A stretch of DNA of 63,846 nt, counting the filler, from Octopus bimaculoides (Eukaryota), in assembly GCF_001194135.2 (NCBI RefSeq). It is 8 parts of 6 records of this genome, joined end to end, with 100 filler letters (N's around TTAATTAATTAA, not from the genome) between each part and the next. Parts side by side here need not be neighbours in the genome. Positions count along the whole stretch, not along the records: positions 30,623 to 53,478 come from NC_068991.1; positions 53,579 to 57,687 come from NC_068986.1; positions 57,788 to 62,705 come from NC_068993.1; positions 62,806 to 63,846 come from NW_026317356.1; 4 more parts are not named here. One strand, given 5' to 3'. The notes under the pieces were generated by a model that was not told the DNA's origin, searched no databases, and saw only the letters and a list, made by a program, of their open reading frames with translations. This document shows positions 51,849-63,846 of the stretch, piece after piece. The position numbers and the translations under genes were made by a program. Position 1 is the first letter of the stretch. Each line of letters starts with the position of its first letter.

Positions 51849-53130
51849 AATTTTTTTAAATACTTCGAAATCAAAATTGAAAAGTTTTAAACAATCGCGC
51901 ATGGCTTACGGTTATTGTTTAGTTTGGTTTGATTAAAACACGTAAATAAGTTAAGAGGGAGATAAGTAGTAAAAGTAGCATTCTTTACTTTAAATTTTTG
52001 GTAAATTTTCAGATTAACACCCGCACGATTTTCACTAGGGTGTTAGGGTTAGGGTTAGAGTTAGGGACGGAATTCCCACCCTCACACCCTAGTNNNNNNN
52101 NNNNNNNNNNNNNNNNNNNNNNNNNNNNNNNNNTTTTTAGTGAAAATCTTGCAGGTGTACTTTCCAAGGAAAGGGGTGAAATTTCCGAGGGTTCCACCTC
52201 ACCCCGGACTCAAAAAAGGGTTTTGTGGCATATTAGGTCACTGGAATTCATTCAAAAAAAAAAAAAAAAAAAAAAATTCCAATGATTCCGGGATGGGGGA
52301 GGACAAAAGTAAGGGGTTTGCAGCATATTAGGTCAGGGTACTTGATTCCAAGCAAAAAATCCGAGTTTTTTTTTTTTTTCTTAGTGAAAATCGTTTCGGT
52401 GAAAGGGTCGAAATTTACCTAACAGCTAAAATGATATTGAGCAAAGAAATAGGACTTCTCTAAAAAAATGAACGGTAACGAACAGATTTGCTCCTTTTAC
52501 AACGCTTGCAGTGCCATAATTTCCCATCAGTAACATCACCATGTGTAGTAAGTCCACATGCTGAATTACAATTTGCACAGGTGTACATATTCATAATTAG
52601 TCGACGCCGTTCCAACCACTGAAGAATGTTGTCTCCAGCTTTTCTTAATTGAATGATAGTCCACGATTCTTCTACGATTGATTCACGACTGGAGATCTAG
52701 GAACAATGAATGTATTTGTTTATTGCCCACAGGGGGCTAAACATAGAGGGACAAACAAGGACAAAGGGAATTAAGTCGATTACATCGACCCTTCCGCCAG
52801 TGCGTAACTGGTACTTATTTAATAGATTTCCAAAGGATGAAAGGCAAAGTCGATCTCGGCGGAATTTGAACTCAGAACGTAACGGTGTGCTAACGATTCT
52901 GCCAGCTCGCCGCCCGTTCAGGAACAATGAATCGCGGTGCTGCTTGTTGGTCTTCCACGTGCCATTGCGATCGATTGTAAAGTAAAGAATGCTTCTTTTA
53001 CTACTTATTTCCCCCTTAACTTTTATTTACTTTTTTTTTAATCAAACCAAACTGAACAATAACTGTAGGCTATGCGCATGCGCGATTGTTTAAAACTTTT
53101 CAGTTTTGATTTCTAAGTATTTAAAGAATT
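51849..53130. repeat. ~145-bp inverted arms enclosing 1 kb with TTAGGG-like repeats (fold-back/MITE-like element)
   Basis: 51849-51991 vs reverse complement of 52979-53130 about 85% identical; TTAGGG x3 plus TTAGAG at 52043-52066. Confidence 0.75.
52700..52915 (-). mobile_element. Family C SINE inside the long-IR element
   Basis: Reverse complement of the family C consensus. Confidence 0.8.
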
Positions 53131-53290
53131 ATTGGCACTATCATGCTATTAGCTGTCAGAAGTGAAAGTGCTCACTGCCTGCTAGTGAAGTATCTGTCTG
53201 TCTGCCTGCCTGTTGCTGGCCTGTCGATTCTTTGGCTACTGACAGCTAATACCATGACTGGACGGAGCGAGCTATATGTCTGTCTGTCTG

Positions 53291-53323
<33 letters not shown>

Positions 53324-53339
53324 TACTCGACGCTGGACG

Positions 53340-53478
53340 GACGGACCGGTTAAACTGCTCGGGGTCTGGTTCAGTCCGGACCTCCAAATGGATAAGAACT
53401 GGGACGAGATCACCAGTAGAGTGATCAAACTCAGCCAAACATGGGCTGAGAGAAAGTTATCTCTAAAAGGCCGGGCGG
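53340..53478 (+). mobile_element. L1/Tx1-like LINE ORF2 fragment
   Basis: GPVKLLGVWFSPDLQMDKNWDEITSRVIKLSQTWAERKLSLKGRA fits the LGV.F...NW......W..R.LS..GR motif. Confidence 0.75.
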
Positions 53479-53577
53479 NNNNNNNNNNNNNNNNNNNNNN
53501 NNNNNNNNNNNNNNNNNNNNNNTTAATTAATTAANNNNNNNNNNNNNNNNNNNNNNNNNNNNNNNNNNNNNNNNNNN

Positions 53578-53910
53578 NGCGATCTTTTTTGTATAGTGCC
53601 TCTGAATTGCCTCGAGTTCTGCTGTCCGTTTGACACTGTGTGGTGACCACAACTGAGAGCAATAGTCTAGGCGGCTCAGGACAAATGTCTTCCATAGAGT
53701 CAACATGACTTTTTGATCCCTTGTACGGAATGTCCTCAGTATTCACCCCGCCAGCTGTCTGCACTTTGCTGTCAACTTGACAATGTGCATGTGAAATGAT
53801 GCATCACTACACATGTTGATGCCCAGGTCTCTCACGGCTTGTGGTTCTGGGATTGCAGTACCTCCAGGTCCTGTGTATGCCAGTTGGGAGGCACTTGTGG
53901 CCTTGTAGCG
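53578..53910 (-). mobile_element. CR1/L2-like LINE fragment, same family as the 17-kb copy
   Basis: VRDLGINM... and LSRLDYCSQLWSPHSVKRTAELEAIQRHYTKKI. Confidence 0.85.
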
Positions 53911-53999
53911 CAGTACTTGAAATTTTTCCGCATTGAATATATGTATATATGTGTAGATATATATACACATATATATGTATATATATGTATATATCATAT

Positions 54000-54257
54000 G
54001 CATAGTGAAATTATTAAAACTGAAACCATTATCTCACATTACAATAGAGATATAATTGTTTCACTTTTGACACGTAATACCGAAACAGGTTAAGAGACTG
54101 CTTCGGCCTCGCGTTAGGTAAAAATTTGAAACTCCATGGACCGCAAGTAGTGTATGTTTAAAATTTGAATGAAATCGGTTGGGTAGTTCTCAACTTTTAG
54201 TGATGCACACATGCAGACACACAGACAGACACATATTCTCAGTTTTATATATATAGA
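54000..54257 (-). mobile_element. Non-autonomous Helitron 5' end
   Basis: Minus strand A|TCTATATATATAAAA start followed by a short GACA/CA microsatellite; related copy at ~63440-63640. Confidence 0.5.
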
Positions 54258-54263
54258 TATACA

Positions 54264-55420
54264 CAGGGTGCGAGGGATATTTGAGGACATTTCGTTTTTA
54301 GTTCATTACACCTTCATATTATTTAATGTATCATTTTTGTTTTCAGATAACCCTTTCAAGACATCGTGTTAACTCCAGAAATGAAAAGACATGCAATCAT
54401 AGTTGCTATACATGCAAAATACTGTGATATTAGCAACTTTTTAAATGTTGCAAGATCATTTGTACACAAAGTTCGGTTGGAATTGGAGGCATGTGTTGAT
54501 AAAGTTTGACTTGTAACAAAGAGAAAAAAGCATTTACAACGCTCAGACGCTAAAAGGATATCGGAATTTACTCATGTTCAAAATATTATCGATGAAAACC
54601 TCAAAAGATGAATGAGGTCAATTGCTAAAGAACTTTGGGTGTCAGAGTGGACTAGCAGAACTGTGGTACATCGTGACATTCGATACAAGTCCTATGTAAT
54701 GAGAAAAGGCCAATTTATATCTGCAAGGACACAGGAAAACCGTCTTATCCATCCAAAATGGATACTTAACAACGTGAAAGCCCCTAATGTACAAGGCTTG
54801 CATTGGTTTTTCTCTGACGGAAAAACTTTGACCAAAATCAAAACTCCAATAAAAGAAATGACAGGTGATTATGAAGTACCCACAGTGACGGACACGAAAT
54901 TTCCAGCAACTGTGATAGTTTTAGGAGTGATGAGTAGCGAATGTCGTAAGATGCCGCCCTACTTTTTTCCACAGGGTCTTAGAATTAATGCTGCTGGATA
55001 CATTGAGATACTGGAAATTGTTATCAAGCCCTGGATTAATGAAGTGTGCAACGGAAGGCCATTGGTGTTTCAACAAGACTCAGTATCTTCTCACAAAGCC
55101 CTAATCACCCAAGAACGGTTGTGAGATAATTGTTACGATTATGTAACACCCAACATGTGGCTTCCAAACTCGCCAGATTTCAATCCCATGGACTACTATG
55201 TTTGGAGCACTGTTGAAAGGGAGAATAACCATAGTTTCACTGAAGGTCATCAACAGTCATCGAAGCCGAAGGCGGTTTCATAGAGTGATTTGCTTTAAAA
55301 AATCATTATTAATATTATTAAGACTAATTGCACAAATGTTTATTCAAATATATATTTATTTATGCTGAAATATAGTTGTTTTATTGTGTACCAAAACTGT
55401 CCTCAAATACCCCTCGCACC

Positions 55421-55423
<3 letters not shown>
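54264..55423 (+). mobile_element. Full-length (1160 bp) decayed Tc1/mariner-superfamily element, DD37D (maT) type
   Basis: 26-bp TIRs CAGGGTGCGAGGG(A/G)TATTTGAGGACA with 1 mismatch; TA on the right flank; ATG at 54381; FSD(G)K ... FQQD-x37-D (SPDFNPMDY); internal stops. Confidence 0.92.
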
Positions 55424-55482
<59 letters not shown>

Positions 55483-56319
55483 CTGTATATTGGCTAATAC
55501 TGGCTCCACACTGGCTATAGTTTCCTCCAAGTTGTGCCCCAGCATGGATGCAGTCTAATGACTGAAACAATTAAAAGTAAATACGCATTTATTATATGTA
55601 TGTGTGAATATATATGGCAGGTTTCCTTACAGTTTCCGTCCAACAAATTCACTGACAGGTATTGTTCGGCTGTAGCTATATTAGAAGACACATGCTCATG
55701 ATGCCGTATAGTTGTACCGAACCCGAAACTAGAGTTACATAGCTACAAAGTGAGCTTCTTACACACTCAGCCATTCATATATAAATAAGTCAACACACGC
55801 AGTTCAAGAACTGATATTGAATACATTGTCGTATTTAATATGCAGAAATAGAGTACAATAGAGTACAATGGTTCTCTGTTTCGACAATGAGCATTCAAAT
55901 GTTCGATCAACTGAACTACTCACTTGCTGAATTACTGTATAGATGGTTGAGTATTCCACTGAATCGGCATGAAACAAGGATTTACTTTTGAAAGTATCTG
56001 ATGGGCTTCTGCAGAAGTTGCATCTATATAATTTCTAGGTAAACTGCAGGTTCGAACTGATTCTATAACAAAAAACACTTGCTCAAGAAACCATGTAGTG
56101 GGATCGAACACAAGCTCGCGTGATTGAAATATGAATTTCTTAACCACTGAGCCACGCTGCGTCTGTGGACAAAGACACATATAATTACACAAATTACTAA
56201 ACACAACGGAACACGCATCTCTATTTATCTTTGTTTACAAAGATAGCCAAATATACACTCAATTATTCATTGAAATTTCAAAGAAATATCCACAACAGAG
56301 ATGCAATACATATACTTAC

Positions 56320-56325
56320 ATTCAT

Positions 56326-56360
<35 letters not shown>

Positions 56361-56383
56361 CACATATATATATTTACTAAAAA

Positions 56384-56435
<52 letters not shown>

Positions 56436-56560
56436 CATACACACACATATGTGTGTGTGTATGTGTACGCGCGCGCACATACACACATATATATATATAC
56501 ATACATACACACAAATATATATAGATATATACACGCACACACAATTTAATAGATATAAGG

Positions 56561-56608
<48 letters not shown>

Positions 56609-56914
56609 ACACATATATATATATATACATGCAAACACACACACAGATGCATGTTTGTGTGTGTGTGTGTGTGTGTTAGTATGTATGTACAAACTGATAC
56701 ATCTTACACACAGTGGAAAATGCTCCCGAGGACTAACAATTCTTTCTTTCGACAGATATACACAAAGGCAAATGTGATTTATACACATTACCAAATACTA
56801 CACAACACACAACTGTATTTCAATATGTACTCACAAAAAAGCTATTCAATTATACATATACAAACTGGTACAGACAGACTCACATACATAGGCACACACA
56901 CAAACACAAGCGTA

Positions 56915-56981
<67 letters not shown>

Positions 56982-57028
56982 TTCTCTATCTATCTCTCTA
57001 TCTATCTATCTCTCTTTCTCCCCTCCCC

Positions 57029-57093
<65 letters not shown>

Positions 57094-57162
57094 CCTATAT
57101 CTATATATGTATATATATATATATATCTATATATACATATATATATATACATATATATATAC

Positions 57163-57200
<38 letters not shown>
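56320..57200. repeat. Compound CA/TA/TCTA/TC microsatellite field
   Basis: Direct reading; source of many spurious ORFs. Confidence 0.95.
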
Positions 57201-57204
<4 letters not shown>

Positions 57205-57640
57205 GCATATATTTCCACGTATGTATGCACGTATGCTTACTACAAAATTTACACAGGCAAACGTAGACAAATAATTGCACACACGACAAATACACACAGT
57301 CACAAACTGTTATAGGCCACATAACTATATCTCGCATCTTATGTTAGTGTGTGAAAAATTTGACGACCTCTTTGGCAGTGTTCGGACGAAAATACTCGTA
57401 AATCTTTTAGCCATGTGCAGACTTACACGAATCTCTGACCTTTGACCACATTATCCATTCATATCAAGAAACTGCCAGCGTATAGGTTTAGGGCTCCATT
57501 CGGTCTGGCAATGAACAATGCTCTGGTAGATGATAATGTAACAACCAGCAGACCATTACGATATGTATGCGTTTAGTGTATGAAGACATACTTGCTATAT
57601 ATACTTACATGAACACATATATGAATACACATAAATTCAC

Positions 57641-57681
<41 letters not shown>

Positions 57682-57787
57682 CATATANNNNNNNNNNNNN
57701 NNNNNNNNNNNNNNNNNNNNNNNNNNNNNNNTTAATTAATTAANNNNNNNNNNNNNNNNNNNNNNNNNNNNNNNNNNNNNNNNNNNN

Positions 57788-57830
<43 letters not shown>

Positions 57831-60372
57831 CACATATTCACACTTATATCCATCCATACATAAATACATAAATGCATCTATATACGTACATAGCTACGTA
57901 CATTACATATACACTATGGCTATAATACTGCAGCGTCTGATCTGCTCTGCAATTCGTTATGAATGATCACTTGTCCTTATTAAGTTTCCTTCTCTAGATT
58001 TATTGAGGCAGCTGAAAATTGACCATGCTTGCTGGCATGTTTTATTGGTACAGGGTTAGATTACTTTATACATTGAATAAACACTCGGTTGCAATCAGCT
58101 TGTTGGGAATCGATGATTTGTTTAAGCTAAGTTGATTTTAAAGCCCAAATAGTAAATATTAGTTTAAACAGCCGCTACATTTGTGCAAGCCGTTTTAGTT
58201 TTGGTTGGTTAATTAGCTGAATAATTAACATATGAATAATTTAGTTACTGCTCAGTAGTGCTGATCACACCGTTTTCTCTTCCGAGAAAGCAAACACTGG
58301 GAAGAGTAAGTTGTTCTATTTGAAAAGAGTGATGTGTTTGAAAATTAGTGAACGTTTGTGAAATAGTGAGAGGAGAGAAAGTATTAGATTCGTATCGCAA
58401 AGTAGCTGTGTTGATTGAATTAAGAATCCAACTTCGTGATAGATTGTTTAGAAATAAAAGGCGCTAGATTTAACATTGAATAGACATGGCTCATGTTTAT
58501 ACCTTACCTAATGAGTCGCAGATGCCATGGTCGACTCTGTGTGTGAGTCTGACTGGGTTGCGTGTGCGTGTGTCTGTCTGTGTGCATGAGTCTCTTTAGA
58601 ACGAGTGTCAGGATAATCTATCAGGAAATTAACCAAGGTTTAGAACGCAAATAGTCTAGGCCTGCCAAAGTTTTTACCTCGTAATTTCTGTCATTTTTAC
58701 CTGTTATTTCTGTCATTTCAAAACATGAAAAACAATATAATTGAAAGCGAAAGCTTCGGTTGAGAGGCATCCTCTCTAGTTTTATCAATATGTCTATATA
58801 TATTTGCTTGTAAGTTGCTTAACCTTAACCGCTTGAGCATGCCCCTTAGTGGCTGACAATATGTGCATCTCTGATCATGAGTAGGAATAGTTGTGGGAGC
58901 ATCGTAGCTATATGTTGATAGAAATTCTTTGGGGTTTAAATAAATGTAACAAATGCAAATTTTGAAGCAAATGTTAGCTATTTTTCATGTTTTCTAGGGG
59001 AAGCAAACAGAAAGTAACAGTTACTACACAAGAACAAAAACTATGTTACACACTATTAATAATAAAAAGTGATTAATATAACGTAAGGGTGTAAATATAA
59101 ATGTGTTTTCATTTTCAAATAAAAACATAATGCATGTGGAGTTTAAGTTGTCTTTTATGGTGGTTTTCGATTTTCTGTGGGTTTTTTTTTTCTTTTTCTT
59201 TTTCAATATTCTTTAACGAAAATTCATATCTGAAAGAGAAGAGAAGAGAAGAAAAAGTTACGAAATGCAAGCATATTGCAAGAGTTTTTTTTAATTTTTA
59301 TATCATTAGTAATATGAAAAGTCTCTAAATTTCGCAGACTAGAATATATTCATAAAATTCGAGAAAAACAAAATTCCAAGTGCTTGGAGAAAGAACTTCG
59401 CAGGAAATGAAACCATACGTATTTTTTTTCTGTTTTTTTTTTTTTAAAGACTNNNNNNNNNNNNNNNNNNNNNNNNNNNNNNNNNNNNNNNNNNNNNNNN
59501 NNNNNNNNNNNNNNNNNNNNNNNNNNNNNNNNNNNNNNNNNNNNNNNNNNNNNNNNNNNNNNNNNNNNNNNNNNNNNNNNNNNNNNNNNNNNNNNNNNNN
59601 NNNNNNNNNNNNNNNNNNNNNNNNNNNNNNNNNNNNNNNNNNNNNNNNNNNNNNNNNNNNNNNNNNNNNNNNNNNNNNNNNNNNNNNNNNNNNNNNNNNN
59701 NNNNNNNNNNNNNNNNNNNNNNNNNNNNNNNNNNNNNNNNNNNNNNNNNNNNNNNNNNNNNNNNNNNNNNNNNNNNNNNNNNNNNNNNNNNNNNNNNNNN
59801 NNNNNNNNNNNNNNNNNNNNNNNNNNNNNNNNNNNNNNNNNNNNNNNNNNNNNNNNNNNNNNNNNNNNNNNNNNNNNNNNNNNNNNNNNNNNNNNNNNNN
59901 NNNNNNNNNNNNNNNNNNNNNNNNNNNNNNNNNNNNNNNNNNNNNNNNNNNNNNNNNNNNNNNNNNNNNNNNNNNNNNNNNNNNNNNNNNNNNNNNNNNN
60001 NNNNNNNNNNNNNNNNNNNNNNNNNNNNNNNNNNNNNNNNNNNNNNNNNNNNNNNNNNNNNNNNNNNNNNNNNNNNNNNNNNNNNNNNNNNNNNNNNNNN
60101 NNNNNNNNNNNNNNNNNNNNNNNNNNNNNNNNNNNNNNNNNNNNNNNNNNNNNNNNNNNNNNNNNNNNNNNNNNNNNNNNNNNNNNNNNNNNNNNNNNNN
60201 NNNNNNNNNNNNNNNNNNNNNNNNNNNNNNNNNNNNNNNNNNNNNNNNNNNNNNNNNNNNNNNNNNNNNNNNNNNNNNNNNNNNNNNNNNNNNNNNNNNN
60301 NNNNNNNNNNNNNNNNNNNNNNNNNNNNNNNNNNNNNNNNNNNNNNNNNNNNNNNNNNNNNNNNNNNNNNNN

Positions 60373-60410
<38 letters not shown>

Positions 60411-60859
60411 CATACATGCATATATGTATGTAAGTATGTATGTATGTATGTATGTATGTATATAACTTTCTTTGTGTGTATATGCATGTTAAAGAACAGA
60501 CGAAATGCTTGGAAGAATACGATCCTTGTTACGGTTAACAGATCCACTCTAAACAAGCTACTGTGGATGGGAGAACTACTGTTGTGGCTCCCTGTAGTCA
60601 GGGTATATTTGGTTGCGTGAGATTCCTTGATAAGACCTAGTAAGTGGCTGTTTCTCTCTCAAGACCAGTTGCATCATCGTCCAGCTGTTCAGATATTTTG
60701 TATATCACGCATACTTTTTCATCTGTTTCCCCCATAATCCACTCACTTTATATTTTTCTTTTCACTGTACACCCTCTAAACACGCGAATTCCAAGGTTTT
60801 TGGTAATGTTCCACACATCAGGAGCTCCTGTGGCAAATAAAAGAGAAAACCCACCACCA

Positions 60860-60910
60860 CCACCACTACTACTGCTACTATTTGTATCATTTATTGTTGC
60901 TTTTATTATA

Positions 60911-60942
<32 letters not shown>

Positions 60943-61087
60943 CAATAAAATTAGTATGATTATAATTATTATTATTAATATTACTATTATTATTATTATT
61001 ATTATTACTATTTATAAAATTATTACTGTTATTATTGTCATTATTATTAGTGTTATTATTATTATTATTATTATTACTATTATTATA

Positions 61088-61124
<37 letters not shown>

Positions 61125-61230
61125 TTATTATTATTATTATTATTATTACTATTATTATTATGACTATCATCATTATCTTCATCCTTATATTATTACTGTT
61201 GTTGTTGTAGTTGGTGTTGTTGTTGTTGTT
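60860..61230. repeat. (ATT)n/(ACT)n/(GTT)n trinucleotide field
   Basis: Direct reading; similar tracts at 7681-7746 (GAT), 14380-14460, 23298-23387. Confidence 0.95.
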
Positions 61231-62626
61231 ACACGAGAGGAAAGGATTAATATACCGGGGTTAGAAATTATCCGAAAAACAGCGCTGTTGATAAGAACGG
61301 TAAATTTGTTATCAACGAACTGCCAGAGTAAGAAATTGTGATGGATTAAATAATATATAATTCATTCGTCCATAGAACGAAGCCTACACTCCCCCCACCC
61401 CCACCACCACCACCACCAGCACCACCACCTCATCCCGCCACTAACTTTACCAAACATCCAAATACCACCACGACCATTACCATCACCATCACTATCACAA
61501 TCACTATAATTATCACTACCAACAATGTCCACCGTTCTGCACCTCACCACCTAATCTCTGCCTCAACCAAACACAGAACACAACGTATGATTCTTAGGAT
61601 TGATTCATTGAAACGTTACTACTTGTAAGCATTCTGATATGCAAGATTAGGAATGAATTCTAGCTTAATGATTTGTTATAACATTCATTTCGGTTGGAAA
61701 TAGTGCCATATCAAAGTTTATTGGCTTCTTACCAAACTAACCCATGACTAATGGCTCCAAACCAATCATATTTTCACGTCTCTCTAACTACATTTTTATT
61801 AGTTAATCAAGGCAAGTGGGACGTAGTATGACCCTTTCGCTGGTTGGTAGCAAGTTTGCCATCCGTGTTTCTTAGTGGCGAGATCGATGCAACTGGTGAA
61901 CTGAACAACAACCTCTCTCTCTCTCTCTCTCTNNNNNNNNNNNNNNNNNNNNNNNNNNNNNNNNNNNNNNNNNNNNNNNNNNNNNNNNNNNNNNNNNNNN
62001 NNNNNNNNNNNNNNNNNNNNNNNNNNNNNNNNNNNNNNNNNNNNNNNNNNNNNNNNNNNNNNNNNNNNNNNNNNNNNNNNNNNNNNNNNNNNNNNNNNNG
62101 TAGTGGTAACTCTAAAATGCACCCACAAACACATTATAAAGCGCACAGCAATGTATTTACACATTTATTGTTAAATTATATACGAAGGTCGCAACCTGAC
62201 AGAATCGTTAACACGCCGGGGCAAAATTCATAGCAGCATTTCGTCCGTCTTAACATTCTGAATTCCACTAAGCTCGACTTTGCCTTTCTTCCTTTCGGAG
62301 TCGATGAAATAAATACCAGACGAGCACTGGGGTCGTGGTAATCAACTAGCCTCCTCCCTTGAAATTTCAGGCCTTGTGCTTTTAGCCGAAATGTACATTA
62401 TTGTTATTAAAGCGACACGTAGGCACATTCGTTAGCGTCTCAGACTAAATGCTTCACAGCATTTCGTCCGTCTTTTCGTTCTGAGTTCAATTTTCGCCAA
62501 CGTCGACTTTGGCTTTCCTCCTTTCGAGAACGTTAAAACAATTACTAGTTATGCAATGCAATCGATGTAATGGTCTCGCTCCTTCCCCTAAACTTCAAGT
62601 CTTGTGCCTATAGTACAAACGATTAT

Positions 62627-62670
<44 letters not shown>

Positions 62671-62671
62671 T

Positions 62672-62705
<34 letters not shown>

Positions 62706-63439
62706 NNNNNNNNNNNNNNNNNNNNNNNNNNNNNNNNNNNNNNNNNNNNTTAATTAATTAANNNNNNNNNNNNNNNNNNNNNNNNNNNNNNNNNNNNNNN
62801 NNNNNTGTCATCCATTTCACCTCTAACCTTCATATTCTACGGACACTTAATACGACCACAAAACACTATAGCAACACTGATATCTTCATCCCTCTACATG
62901 GCTGTTTCTTTATATATACGACAGAATTCATTTCCAGGCAAATAACATTCATAATCACTGTCTCCTTTCCTCTTACAATTTCTATCATCTGTTCTTTACA
63001 AAACTGCCCTATCAAAGCAATATTGACCAACTAAAGCACATTCATTCATTCAGCTGAATTCGGTAAGTAATATTTTTCCTTTCAAAATTCCATTCATATT
63101 TCACATTTCACTTCTATTTCTAACATGCGTTGATAACACGTGACGGCTTTCCCTAAATACCTGTTCTGTGCTAGCAACACGTCTTACAAATACAAACAAA
63201 ATCTGTTCATGTATACAAAACCAGCTGCATATCAACTCCAAACACTTTCCTTTCTTTTCCACCGAACTCGAGAACTACACAACAAATTTCATTCAACATG
63301 TGGTTAATGTCTGTTACCATCTTCCATTATATCGTCGTCAGAATTAATTTGTATTTACCTGCCGTGGTACTTAAATGAGAATGAGATGTAAGAGGACAAT
63401 GTTTTGGAGATTCCGGTTCGAATTGAGATCAGTGTTTTT

Positions 63440-63640
63440 GTTTCATTTTTGACACGTAATACTTAAATAGTGAAAGAGATATAATGTTGCTGTGGACTGG
63501 AAGTATGCCATAAGCTAGAAATTGTTTTTGATTAAAACACAACCGGGACGCTAAGTAAGGCATGTGTAAAATTTGAATGAAATTGGTTGTGTAGTTCTCG
63601 AGTTTTAGGGATTCACACACAGACAGACACACATTCTCAT
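63440..63640 (-). mobile_element. Repeat of the same family as 54000-54257
   Basis: Shares ttttgacacgtaatac and aaatttgaatgaaat(c/t)ggtt..gtagttctc..gtttt; small inverted copy at ~63265-63300. Confidence 0.55.
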
Positions 63641-63846
63641 TACATTTGTGCCGATATATATATGCATGTATGCATGTATATATGTATGTATGCCTGTATA
63701 TATGTGAGAGTATAGTTTCACTGTAAAAGTACAACTGTATTCGTGTTTACTTAGGGAAAATGAGTAAAGTGTGGGTGTGAAGTCCTCATGAAGGAGTATT
63801 TGTATAAATATTACTTTATTTGCGTGTAATATGTATGGTTAAAATT

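Noticed and set aside
6345-62761. TTAATTAATTAA recurring at 6345, 16142, 19853, 30567, 53523, 57732 and 62750
   Set aside because: Always centred in 44 N + 12 + 44 N blocks; a six-frame-stop scaffolding spacer, not biological
249-63734. Most ORF-track entries (poly-YI/CV/HT/I/X peptides)
   Set aside because: Translations of microsatellites and N gaps
1-63846. CRISPR arrays, rRNA or prokaryotic operons
   Set aside because: None seen; the repeats are eukaryotic microsatellites and SINEs

Overview
Eukaryotic, AT-rich, heavily gapped draft scaffold; the SINE families, compound microsatellites and gap style fit an octopus (coleoid cephalopod) assembly (inference). Most non-N sequence is microsatellite, tRNA-headed or RTE-related SINEs, and decayed transposons: mariner, DD37D/maT, RTE, CR1/L2-like, Tx1/L1-like, R4/Dong-like, Penelope-like (PLE), Gypsy LTR plus integrase, and Helitron ends. 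One complete host CDS can be assembled by hand: a minus-strand, 5-coding-exon, 200-aa four-transmembrane MS4A/CD20-like gene (47112 to 39482, all phase-0 GT-AG introns). Two orphan plus-strand coding-like exons (7766-7858, 15456-15539) belong to an unidentified protein and lie in an unexpected order. Non-coding highlights are several PLE-type minimal hammerhead ribozyme motifs (two with intact cores) and a series of fold-back inverted duplications, including a ~460-bp spacer-less palindrome. Almost all entries in the ORF track are microsatellite or N-gap artefacts. TE boundaries are approximate unless termini are quoted, and all identities are estimated by eye.
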